From positions 5,935 through 69,934 of the forward strand of contig CAJQKT010000038.1 of NCBI GenBank assembly GCA_905478995.1: DNA of 64,000 bases. Reading direction: 5' to 3'. Positions 42,201 through 49,479 of the stretch are shown here, piece after piece (positions within the stretch are counted from its first letter, which is position 1; every line of letters begins with the position of its first letter). The notes under the pieces are model-generated. The model made no database searches. It was not told where the DNA came from and worked only from the letters and a program-made list of their open reading frames with translations. Position numbers and translations under genes: made by a program. Origin of the DNA: an uncultured Pseudomonadales bacterium (GTDB lineage: Bacteria; Pseudomonadota; Gammaproteobacteria; Pseudomonadales; UBA7434).

Positions 42201-42374
42201 GACTGGAGAACCCAGCATCGCACCGCCAACAACCGCACCTAAAGCAACGGAATAAGCACTGCTACGCAGCCCCTCATTAACAGATTTTATCGCACTGGCG
42301 AGCGTACTTTTACACGGCGCTTGCACCCCAACACTTACTCGGGCCGATACATTTTTTTGAATGCGAGATCCCAT
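39225..42374 (-). CDS. TonB-dependent outer-membrane receptor (oligosaccharide/CUT-locus type)
   Basis: It has a long signal peptide, a TonB-box-like EEVTVMG, plug motifs (DAISADDIGKFPD.NLAESLQRI.GV, ITVRGLGP.FN...NGR) and the C-terminal ..GARYNFGARIKY aromatic terminus. The track start at 42431 is TTG; the ATG at 42374 is preferred. Confidence 0.9.
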   Translation of the reverse strand: MGSRIQKNVSARVSVGVQAPCKSTLASAIKSVNEGLRSSAYSVALGAVVGGAMLGSPVIMAQSEAIEEVTVMGIRASLKRAMDTKRDAKGIVDAISADDIGKFPDTNLAESLQRITGVSIDRSRGEGSRITVRGLGPDFNLVTFNGRQLPTQSGAGRSFDFANIASEGIAGVEVFKSGNATLPTGGIGATVNVITTKPLDNPGLRATAGVKLVHDTSTEEGDSVTPEYSGLFSTTLLDDTLGIAVSASFQRRDSGENSGGTAGWFQFPATAVKGGQIYADDGFALNDRLDQQINDPTQHINRPSGGDFYAVPRNTTYNIAEFERERINGQLTLQWQPIDSLRGTIDYTYAELDLTRRYTNIGGWYQFPAEARSSWTNGPDNSNESALFYSEQNAATDFVTSIGEDGGTSENKSLGFNLSWQPNDRLSIGLDYHESTATFGPNSEYGTSANVGLLQNNRRGTTTYFNAGDLPVLELDLDPTLNRNGESLDPDAYSIGGSVFSNTQNKMEINQATVSAEFQIDDISSIDFGVQLTKVNNKSASTNVQRGTWAGVGDEADLTDILYPGSIAGAFDQISGGDDPRMQTDFFTSSLDAIVERANILIERDGLVAISSEPSAALSGGYGDCGTAFCANSDFNGEFANRLEAQEDTISAYVQYNISFDTAMPVNLYAGLRYEETEVDSPFSTLTPLYSTWVTDGGDFAVTFGDALEGRQTGSYDHLLPNIDINVEPIENIKTRVSFSKTVTRPSYSEIQGGLSIATPAQESGGAGSRGNPALLPYTSTNWDFSVEWYFTDESYFSVTYFTKNVENYIGSFTEQNQSLDLPVAPGTPIGGDLYNEVKSALEAEGKPSDSLSIRTEILANYFGRDEVNADAGTIQGVPGEEELLFDIATRVNTGEATIDGWEIALQHPFGDSGFGMITNITFVDANVGYDNRADVRDTQFVVTGLSDSANLIAYYDKEGLQARIAYNWRDSFLAGIGHSAGTTEPTYTEEYGQWDFSASYDVSEFLTVFVEGINITDETTRAHGRTKMQVLNAAQTGARYNFGARIKY

Positions 42375-42711
42375 AATGGACAAAACCTTATCGTTATCAA
42401 TTGGAAGCAGCAGCCGAACTATGCACTGCAAGGCCGCTTCTTATATGTGTTATTCGACTAACTTTAACCCGTAACTTTATCATGTTAGAGCCGTAGAAAA
42501 CCACGAGGATGGGGGGCGCTTATCTCACAATCGAGTCGGTTCATCAGAAACAATGCTGGCTATTATTTGCACCTGCTAGATTGAACAAAACACAAGCAGG
42601 GCAACCACCACAAAAAGCCTATACTTTGCGGCTAACTGCGCAAGTAAGCAAGGTGCTAGTGCTGGCTTGTGGGGAGATTATTTGGTAAGGAGAGTTTTGT
42701 TCGATTCGCAA

Positions 42712-42750
42712 CCAAAAGCGGCGATAAATTTTATCGCCGCTTTTGGTTTT
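42712..42750 (-). terminator. Rho-independent (bidirectional-looking) terminator separating the GH16/TSP3 pair from the TBDR operon
   Basis: CCAAAAGCGGCGATA-aatt-TATCGCCGCTTTTGG, followed by T-runs on both strands. It lies 32 nt past the GH16 stop. Confidence 0.75.
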
Positions 42751-42781
42751 GATCACTTAAATTTCAATTGCTTTCAAGTCG

Positions 42782-44170
42782 TTATTGATACACGCGCACA
42801 TAGTCGACAAGCATTCTCTGCGGAAAGTAGTTGGGATTAGAGGGAGGATTAGGTAAAAAATTCCCTCCAACGGCCACATTTAGCAGAAGGAAAAAACTAG
42901 ACCGAAGCTCGCTTAACTGATTCGGTGTAATATCGATAACATGAAAAGGAGTTGACGCCCCGTCCAGGTACCACTTTATTTCCGAAGCATTCCAGACGAT
43001 GCTGAACACATGCCAATTGTCAGCAAAAGTACCCGACGACAATACAGGCGAGGTGCCCGCTTGATCACTACTGTAATAGCTGCTGTAACCATCACCAGGA
43101 TTCTGCTGCCAGTGCGCAGTACCTGAGACGGTTTCAGGCTCATTCCCTCTGAGTTCCATCATGTCAATTTCACCACACGCCGGCCAGCTAACAGAGCTTA
43201 TAGAATCACCCAACAGCCATATCGCAGGCCATAATCCCTGACCTTCGGGCAACACAGCGCGCACATCTATTCGACCGTATTGGAAAGACTGCTTACCCTG
43301 CGTTTTGAGCCTAGAGGATGTGTACTGCTTTCCGCCAAAATTCTCTTTTCTCGCCTCAATTGTGAGGAAGCCATTACCAACCGTGGTGTTCTGAGAGCGA
43401 TAATATTGCAGTTCATTATTGCCCCACCCCCCACTACCGGTGCCAATTTCACTCGTCCAATCCGAGGTATTAAGCGAGGTGCCATTAAACTCGTCGCTCC
43501 AAACCAGCGAGTACCCTGGATAGGAAGTGGGGGCATCATAGCCTCCATATTGCCCAATCGGACAACCATCGCTTTCCACTGCTGTATTAGCCGGAGTTGC
43601 CGGGCATTGATCAACGCTATCGGCGACGCCATCGTTGTCCGCGTCATTGGTTAGTGTACCTTCGCCATATACGGCCACTTCCCAAATAGAAAAGCCATAC
43701 TGACTACTGCGATTAATACCGTACATGCGCAAGTAACGATAAGTCCCACTCAAAGAAACCGTATCAGTTCGATCGCCAAAACTTCCGCCGCTCTCGGCAG
43801 CCAATGTCACCCAGGTATTGTTGTCATTAGAGCCACGCATCTCATAGGACTCGGCATTCGCCGCCTCCCAATCAATAACGATACTACTGAGCGCGTAAGC
43901 AGCACCCAGATCGAATGTTATCCATTCAGGCTGATCGAATGCCGAGCCCCAGCGGGTTGTACCATCACCATCTATTGCTTTATCGGCACCGTACTCCCCC
44001 GATTGACCAGAGCTTGCCGATGCTGAAACAACCGAAATAGGCTGCACACCTTGCACCGGCACAATAGAGCCGACTAACTGGATGTTCGTGGGCGGGCCGG
44101 CCCAAGTTGCAACTGATGAAACCAGCAACAGGCCAGCTGCAGCAATACGTATCAAGGTAAAAGCCTTCAT
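42782..44170 (-). CDS. Secreted GH16 beta-1,3-glucanase (laminarinase-like) with an N-terminal F5/8-type-C (CBM32-like) module and a thrombospondin-type-3 linker
   Basis: It has a signal peptide, KAIDGDGTTRWGS (discoidin/CBM32 signature), DADNDGVADSVDQCP (TSP3), WGNNELQYY, GLWPAIWLLG and the catalytic GEIDMME. Confidence 0.85.
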   Translation of the reverse strand: MKAFTLIRIAAAGLLLVSSVATWAGPPTNIQLVGSIVPVQGVQPISVVSASASSGQSGEYGADKAIDGDGTTRWGSAFDQPEWITFDLGAAYALSSIVIDWEAANAESYEMRGSNDNNTWVTLAAESGGSFGDRTDTVSLSGTYRYLRMYGINRSSQYGFSIWEVAVYGEGTLTNDADNDGVADSVDQCPATPANTAVESDGCPIGQYGGYDAPTSYPGYSLVWSDEFNGTSLNTSDWTSEIGTGSGGWGNNELQYYRSQNTTVGNGFLTIEARKENFGGKQYTSSRLKTQGKQSFQYGRIDVRAVLPEGQGLWPAIWLLGDSISSVSWPACGEIDMMELRGNEPETVSGTAHWQQNPGDGYSSYYSSDQAGTSPVLSSGTFADNWHVFSIVWNASEIKWYLDGASTPFHVIDITPNQLSELRSSFFLLLNVAVGGNFLPNPPSNPNYFPQRMLVDYVRVYQ

Positions 44171-45459
44171 TACTCAACGCCTTCTTGTGAACGGCGCTGA
44201 ACTTGCACAACACCAAAAATTGCTAATAAAGCTGCCAGGAGCAATGATGCCGACAACCCAAAGAGGGGAACGTCTGCCTCGGGCACGCTACAGCCGGGAG
44301 CTAGTGGATCAGGGTTACACGGATCACCATTGGCCGGATCCAGCTCATCGGCTACACCGTCGCTGTCGGAGTCAATAAGAGAAGATTCTTGATAATCGTA
44401 AATGCCATCACTGTCCGTATCAGTGAACTCGCCCTCGGCAGCGTCGCTTGCCCCGTCGCCATCTGTATCCACTGTGCAGTTTGTGCCAAACGTAGAGGGG
44501 ATACATGGATCGCTGTTGTTGGCATCGAGCTCATTAGAAACACCATCGCCGTCATCGTCCAACAGGGCAGATTCGGTGTAATCGGGAGCACCATCGCTGT
44601 CGGTATCGGTAAATTCACCCTCCACAGCATCGCTCACTCCATCGCCATCTGTATCCACCGTGCAGTTTGTGCCAAACGGAGAGGGGATACATGGATCGCT
44701 GTTGTTGGCATCGAGCTCATTAGAAACACCATCGCCGTCATCATCTATCAAAGAGGATTCAATGTAGTCAGCTGCTCCGTCGCTGTCTGTATCTGTCGAC
44801 TGACCCTCGATACGGTCAAATTTGCCGTCACTATCGGTGTCAAAATCACAGACGGTGACAAATGTGGAGGGGTTACATGGGTCACTAGGCGCTGGATCAC
44901 TGCCGTCCTCTATGCCGTCACCGTCGCTATCAATTTGCCCTGGTATGGAGCTTGCTAAGCTAGGATCGCTTCCATAAGCCACCTCCAACGAATCCGGGAC
45001 GCCATCACCATCGGTGTCTGTACCCCCTGGATTAGGCGAGGGCTCGCCGGTGCCCACAAATCCTTGGGCCGGAGGAGCCGAAAACCAAACACGCAGGGGG
45101 ACTGTAAAATCTACACTCACGGCATTGCCCGCGACCATTCCCGATACGGTCACTATCAAGTCGCCACTGGTATTAAACGCCGCATTACCAACATCGAACT
45201 GCAAAACTACTAAGTCGCTGCCGCCGCCATTTATTGCACCCGGGGTGTTTGTTACCTCGATGGTGTTGCTTATAAACGCAGGGGCGTCCACGTTGACAGA
45301 AATAGAGTGGAAAACCCCACCTGGGTTTTCATTGAGCAGCAATAAAAAAACCTCGTTATCAGCACTATTAGCAGTTAAATCAAAGGCTTGGACCTGCGAG
45401 ACACTGCCGGCGACAAGGGCCAGAAGCAGCATTCCGATCATTTTTATTTTTGCAACCAT
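44170..45459 (-). CDS. Cell-surface calcium-binding repeat protein: signal peptide, Ig-like N-domain, about 10 thrombospondin-type-3 repeats and a C-terminal hydrophobic anchor or sorting signal
   Basis: It has repeated DTDGDG..D / DTDSDG..D / DDDGDGVSNELD motifs with paired Cys (DPC.PS.F...C). The C-terminus reads VPEADVPLFGLSASLLLAALLAIFGVVQVQRRSQ. Its stop overlaps the GH16 start by 1 nt (TAATG). Confidence 0.75.
   Translation of the reverse strand: MVAKIKMIGMLLLALVAGSVSQVQAFDLTANSADNEVFLLLLNENPGGVFHSISVNVDAPAFISNTIEVTNTPGAINGGGSDLVVLQFDVGNAAFNTSGDLIVTVSGMVAGNAVSVDFTVPLRVWFSAPPAQGFVGTGEPSPNPGGTDTDGDGVPDSLEVAYGSDPSLASSIPGQIDSDGDGIEDGSDPAPSDPCNPSTFVTVCDFDTDSDGKFDRIEGQSTDTDSDGAADYIESSLIDDDGDGVSNELDANNSDPCIPSPFGTNCTVDTDGDGVSDAVEGEFTDTDSDGAPDYTESALLDDDGDGVSNELDANNSDPCIPSTFGTNCTVDTDGDGASDAAEGEFTDTDSDGIYDYQESSLIDSDSDGVADELDPANGDPCNPDPLAPGCSVPEADVPLFGLSASLLLAALLAIFGVVQVQRRSQEGVE
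44461..44742. repeat. Intragenic tandem duplication, 186-bp period (62-aa unit) inside the TSP3-repeat gene
   Basis: The 96-nt segment 44461-44556 recurs at 44647-44742 with 2 mismatches (atctgtatccac[t/c]gtgcagtttgtgccaaacg[t/g]agaggggatacatggatcgctgttgttggcatcgagctcattagaaacaccatcgccgtcatc). Confidence 0.9.
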
Positions 45460-46014
45460 TAGCTAATTATCCTATTTAATGCAGCCTGACAAAGGCTTTT
45501 ATTCGACGCTATTATTCTATAAGGTCTGTCAATAGCGCTGCAACTAGTACAAAAAATGCACACCGAAGAATTATGCCTTACTCGGCATAGGTAAGTCTTT
45601 ACGCTTGCGATGAGCCGGTGGCTCTCTGAGGCAGCCAACCGCCGTAATCTTATCAAATCACTCTGCACCTAGTAATCTCAGGACTCCGGTAAAAGCAGTC
45701 CATACAAACCCCAAGCTATGCGAGCCAATCAAAACATTAAACAAACAAAAACGCAGTAGGCCAGCCTCTCTTTTTAATGGCTACAGGAGCGACAAGCAAA
45801 GCAGTAATAATGATTCTAGCAGTAGAAATGAAGGCTAGGGGCTCAGGCCCATATGCGAATCAAACACTTGCGCGAAAATTGGCCTAAATAAGTTCTGATA
45901 TGACACGACTAAAGTTCTAATGATAGCCACTTTAATCAATAACGCTTGGCTAGCAAATTTTCAGACGTTGGCTCACCCTACTGGCTGTTAGATTTACCTT
46001 TTAACAACACCAAT

Positions 46015-46046
46015 AAAAAAGGCCACCCTCATGGGTGGCCTTTTTT
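46015..46046 (-). terminator. Rho-independent terminator immediately 3' of tRNA-Lys
   Basis: AAAAAA-GGCCACCC-tcat-GGGTGGCC-TTTTTT, which starts 2 nt beyond the tRNA CCA end. Confidence 0.85.
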
Positions 46047-46048
46047 AT

Positions 46049-46124
46049 TGGTGGGTCGTGCGCGATTCGAACGCGCGACCAATTGGTTAAAAGCCAACTG
46101 CTCTACCAACTGAGCTAACGACCC
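46049..46124 (-). tRNA. lysT: tRNA-Lys (anticodon UUU), CCA encoded
   Basis: The reverse complement reads GGGTCGTTAGCTCAGTTGGTAGAGCAGTTGGCTTTTAACCAATTGGTCGCGCGTTCGAATCGCGCACGACCCACCA. It folds as a cloverleaf with anticodon loop CTTTTAA and is nearly identical to E. coli tRNA-Lys. Confidence 0.97.
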
Positions 46125-46310
46125 TAAACTGAACTTACTCGTAATGCCTTGGCTTGCATCGCGGTGCTTTTCAGTCACACCTACTCAAAGCTTTGCCAGA
46201 GCATCCTTATGGCATTGCGCCATTTCCGGAGCGCGTATAGTACTTCCCAAACTTCAAAATACAAGCGTTTTCGCTCCTGCGAACCAACAATTCCCACATA
46301 CAACTCACAG

Positions 46311-46991
46311 CTATACATAACGTGTAGGATCATTCAGCCCGGCTTGAGCAAATCCTTCCTTGCGCAGTCGGCAACTATCGCACCTGCCGCAAGCCCTGCC
46401 GAGCTCGTCGGCCTGATAACACGAGACTGTTTGGCTGTAATCAACACCCAGCGCACTGCCCGCTCGAATAATATCCGCCTTAGTCAGGTGCAGCAGCGGC
46501 GCGACAATTTTAGAACCGTGACCCTCCACCCCTGCCTTAGTAGCTTGATTAGCCATAGCTTGAAAAGCCTCTATGTAATCTGGCCGGCAATCTGGGTATC
46601 CGGAATAATCGACTGCATTAACACCGACAAAGATCGCCTCGGCCTGCAATACCTCGGCATAACCCAGCGCAAAACTCAAAAAAATGGTGTTGCGAGCGGG
46701 CACATAAGTCACAGGAATGCCTTCGGTAGGCATTTCAGGAACAGCAATCGCTGCATCTGTGAGAGCCGAGCCACCAATGCCACTCATATCAAAGCGAATG
46801 ACCTGGTGATCGCTAGCGCCACTAGCCTGAGCAATCGCTTGAGCCGCCTTCAACTCAGCTATGTGACGCTGGCCATAGTCAAAACTTAACGTATGACAGT
46901 TGTAGCCTTCGGCGGCGGCCATAGCCAAAACCGTTGCTGAATCAAGCCCACCCGACAACAAGACCACAGCCGTTTTGTTTTTGTTTGACAT
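46311..46991 (-). CDS. queC: 7-cyano-7-deazaguanine synthase
   Basis: It has the [12 protein letters not shown]-loop and the C-terminal zinc cluster C....CG.CDSC..R. Confidence 0.95.
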   Translation of the reverse strand: MSNKNKTAVVLLSGGLDSATVLAMAAAEGYNCHTLSFDYGQRHIAELKAAQAIAQASGASDHQVIRFDMSGIGGSALTDAAIAVPEMPTEGIPVTYVPARNTIFLSFALGYAEVLQAEAIFVGVNAVDYSGYPDCRPDYIEAFQAMANQATKAGVEGHGSKIVAPLLHLTKADIIRAGSALGVDYSQTVSCYQADELGRACGRCDSCRLRKEGFAQAGLNDPTRYV

Positions 46992-46994
46992 AAA

Positions 46995-47669
46995 TTAGTA
47001 ACCCGGTTGATCGCCCCATATCAGCTTATGTTGTTGCAACTGCATTCTCACTGGCAAGTTATCGGCAACAATCCAATCGGCCAAATCGCGATAATTAAAC
47101 GCCTTGGCATTAGGCTCAAGAGGAAAAACAGGCGAAAACAAAACGTGAGCGACTGTGTCTTGCAATGAATATTGCGCCAGTGTCGCCTTGGACCAATCGT
47201 AATCTTGACGATCACCAATAACAAATTTAACTTCATCCCTAGCAGTTAAGTGCTGCATATTTGCCATCAGATTTTTTTGTTGCTCACCTGATGAAGGTGT
47301 TTTCAAATCGACAATCCGTTTAACGCGCGAATCAACCGACGCAATATCAATAGCACCGCTAGTTTCCAGTGAAACGTTGAACCCCATGTCACATAAATGC
47401 CGCAACAAGTGCACGCAGTTTGGCTGCGCTAGCGGCTCACCACCGGTCACACAAACATACTTAGCCGCATGTTTTTTTACTTGCCCAAGGACCTCATCGA
47501 TCGCCACTATATCGCCGCCATGAAACGCATACGCCGTATCGCAGTATGTGCAACGCAACGGACAACCGGTTAAACGAACAAACACGGTGCGCTCGCCCAC
47601 CCAAGATGATTCACCCTGTAACGAGCAAAACACTTCAGTTAAGCGCAGCGTACTATCACTGGCAAGCAT
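46995..47669 (-). CDS. queE: 7-carboxy-7-deazaguanine synthase (radical SAM)
   Basis: It has E.F.SLQGE....G...VF.RL.GC.L.C.YCDT.YA (CxxxCxxC-type cluster). Confidence 0.93.
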   Translation of the reverse strand: MLASDSTLRLTEVFCSLQGESSWVGERTVFVRLTGCPLRCTYCDTAYAFHGGDIVAIDEVLGQVKKHAAKYVCVTGGEPLAQPNCVHLLRHLCDMGFNVSLETSGAIDIASVDSRVKRIVDLKTPSSGEQQKNLMANMQHLTARDEVKFVIGDRQDYDWSKATLAQYSLQDTVAHVLFSPVFPLEPNAKAFNYRDLADWIVADNLPVRMQLQQHKLIWGDQPGY

Positions 47670-47752
47670 AGGCTTTAATCAAATCAATTAACGGATTTTT
47701 AGAAGAGTACATGAAGAAAAAATTTAATAAAATAGAAAGAATTTATGCGAGT

Positions 47753-48697
47753 TTATAAACTATTTTTCAAATACTCGCGCGCAGGATTCACCGCTTTACT
47801 CTTGGGGTGATCAACAAGCACCGACTCAAGCATCGCTTTAGCATCAGCATCGTTACCCAGTTGATGGTAAATTTTGCCCAGCTTAAACTTTGCCTCAGCC
47901 ACCTTACGATGATCGCCATACTGAGTTACCAGCGCAAGAAAAGCATCGCGCGACTTTTTCAAACTAGACTCTAAATAATACAGTTCACCCAACCAAAAAT
48001 AAGCGTTAGGCACGTAGCGACTAGTCGGATAATTGCTGATGAAGGCGCTTAGTGACACTTTAGCCTCAGAAAAATCACGATCTTTAACTTGCTGGTAAGC
48101 AGCACTATAGACACTGCGCGCCTCATCCGTATCAACAACGCCCTGTACACTAGGCACCAACTGCATAGCTGATGCTTCAGCAGTGGAGCTGCCATTGGCG
48201 CCCCCCTTATTAGTGTTCTGCGCAACAGCTACTGCGCCTACTTTTTTTGACGACTTAGGCGTTGAGCGCGCCGTCGGGGGCTGACCTGCTGCAGAATCAG
48301 CTTTATTGACCGCCACCGAACCAGTGGTCTGCAATCCGCTTATTCTCTGATCTAAATCGAGGTAATCGTCCATACGACGCTGACTGATTTGTTCAATTAA
48401 ATAAGATTGCTGCTCCAACATGCCGCGCAACTCACTCATCTCAACCTGCAAAGCCTGCAGCTGCACATACAGCTCTGCCGAAACCGACTCATTGCGCTGA
48501 GCTGCCGTTGCATAGGTAGCTGTCGGCCCACGAGCATCAGCTTGCTGCATGGAATTATCGTTAGACGCGCCCGCAGCAGAGCCGGCTGAAACAGTGGGCA
48601 ACCCCTCAACCACTTCAACGGCAACCACCTGGGCGGAGGCAAAAAAGATAGCCACCAGGCAATAACCTGCCAACACCCCGCCTACTAGGTTACGCAT
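47753..48697 (-). CDS. cpoB: Cell-division coordinator CpoB (YbgF), coiled-coil plus TPR. The start is uncertain (ATGs at 48736, 48712, 48697).
   Basis: It has a signal peptide, a coiled-coil (LQALQVEMSELRGMLEQQ) and C-terminal TPR repeats (NAYFWLGELYY, KFKLGKIY). It is the last gene of the tol-pal cluster. Confidence 0.85.
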   Translation of the reverse strand: MRNLVGGVLAGYCLVAIFFASAQVVAVEVVEGLPTVSAGSAAGASNDNSMQQADARGPTATYATAAQRNESVSAELYVQLQALQVEMSELRGMLEQQSYLIEQISQRRMDDYLDLDQRISGLQTTGSVAVNKADSAAGQPPTARSTPKSSKKVGAVAVAQNTNKGGANGSSTAEASAMQLVPSVQGVVDTDEARSVYSAAYQQVKDRDFSEAKVSLSAFISNYPTSRYVPNAYFWLGELYYLESSLKKSRDAFLALVTQYGDHRKVAEAKFKLGKIYHQLGNDADAKAMLESVLVDHPKSKAVNPAREYLKNSL

Positions 48698-48786
48698 AGA
48701 GCCACCTGACATAAATTTAAAGATGCGGTAAAGCATCGCCCATAAAAACCACCTTACAGGCGACGCTGTTCATGCAAAAAGTATAG

Positions 48787-49296
48787 TTACTTCAATTCTA
48801 CGCGACGATTCAAAGACCAGCCATTGTCATCGCTACGCAATGAAATCGGACGTTCTTCGCCATAGCTAACCACTTCCATGCGTGCGCGAGAGACGCCTTG
48901 AATCGCAAGGTAATCAGCGACTGCTTTAGCACGGCGCTCACCTAATGCAAGGTTGTACTCGCGAGTGCCGCGCTCATCGGCATGACCTTCGAGGCGAACA
49001 CTACTATCTGTTGTGCGCAACCGCGCGGCCTGTGCATCTAGCGCTGCACGTGTAGCTGCTTTCAACGTTGATTGATCAAAATCAAAGTAAAACACCGTTT
49101 CTAGCAAATCGGCAATCGGCTCGTCAACCACTTCAGTTGGCGCCTGATCAATAGGCGTAGCAACAACAGTTGGCTCTTGAATATCGGTATCTTGATCCTG
49201 AGTTGAATTTGACGCACAGGCGGTCAGTAAGCTGCCGAAAAGCGCCAGAAAAATAATGCTTTTGAGTGAAGATGCTATAGCGTGTGAAGTAATCAT
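48787..49296 (-). CDS. pal: Peptidoglycan-associated lipoprotein Pal (OmpA-like)
   Basis: It has the lipobox LLTAC and the OmpA-like domain (VYFDFD.S.L, RLEGH.DERGTREYNLALGERRA, NRRVEL). The ATG at 49296 is preferred over the upstream GTG at 49401. Confidence 0.93.
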   Translation of the reverse strand: MITSHAIASSLKSIIFLALFGSLLTACASNSTQDQDTDIQEPTVVATPIDQAPTEVVDEPIADLLETVFYFDFDQSTLKAATRAALDAQAARLRTTDSSVRLEGHADERGTREYNLALGERRAKAVADYLAIQGVSRARMEVVSYGEERPISLRSDDNGWSLNRRVELK

Positions 49297-49479
49297 GTCT
49301 ATCGTACTCTCTAGTGATGGTGGGAAGTCGTGCGGTAATCGTACTGCATACGTTCCGTAGTTTAATGACAATGCGAACACAATACTACGGCTGCGCACCA
49401 CTAAAATGCGGCAAAATCAACACCCGCAAATTAAACATCTAACTTTGCCTGAGGCAGCAGTTTTGAGCGCTGAGCGAAA

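Noticed and set aside
44170-45459. Regularly spaced DNA repeats that could superficially resemble a CRISPR array
   Set aside because: The repeats are in frame within a long ORF that encodes TSP3 calcium-binding units. There are no unique spacers of constant length and no cas genes.
44389-45466. 189-aa and 150-aa plus-strand ORFs opposite the TSP3-repeat gene
   Set aside because: They are antisense frames of a repetitive GAY/GGY-rich coding sequence. The minus-strand frame gives coherent DxDxDG calcium-binding repeats, a signal peptide and an anchor.
30327-46124. Mobile genomic island integrated at tRNA-Lys
   Set aside because: I found no integrase, transposase, conjugation gene or visible direct repeat of the tRNA 3' end. 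I kept it only as a low-confidence ancient-acquisition hypothesis in the findings.
46149-46889. 246-aa plus-strand ORF
   Set aside because: It lies entirely antisense to a clear queC gene with a PP-loop and zinc cluster. Its translation is low-complexity (S/R/L/C-rich) with no motif. It is a shadow ORF.
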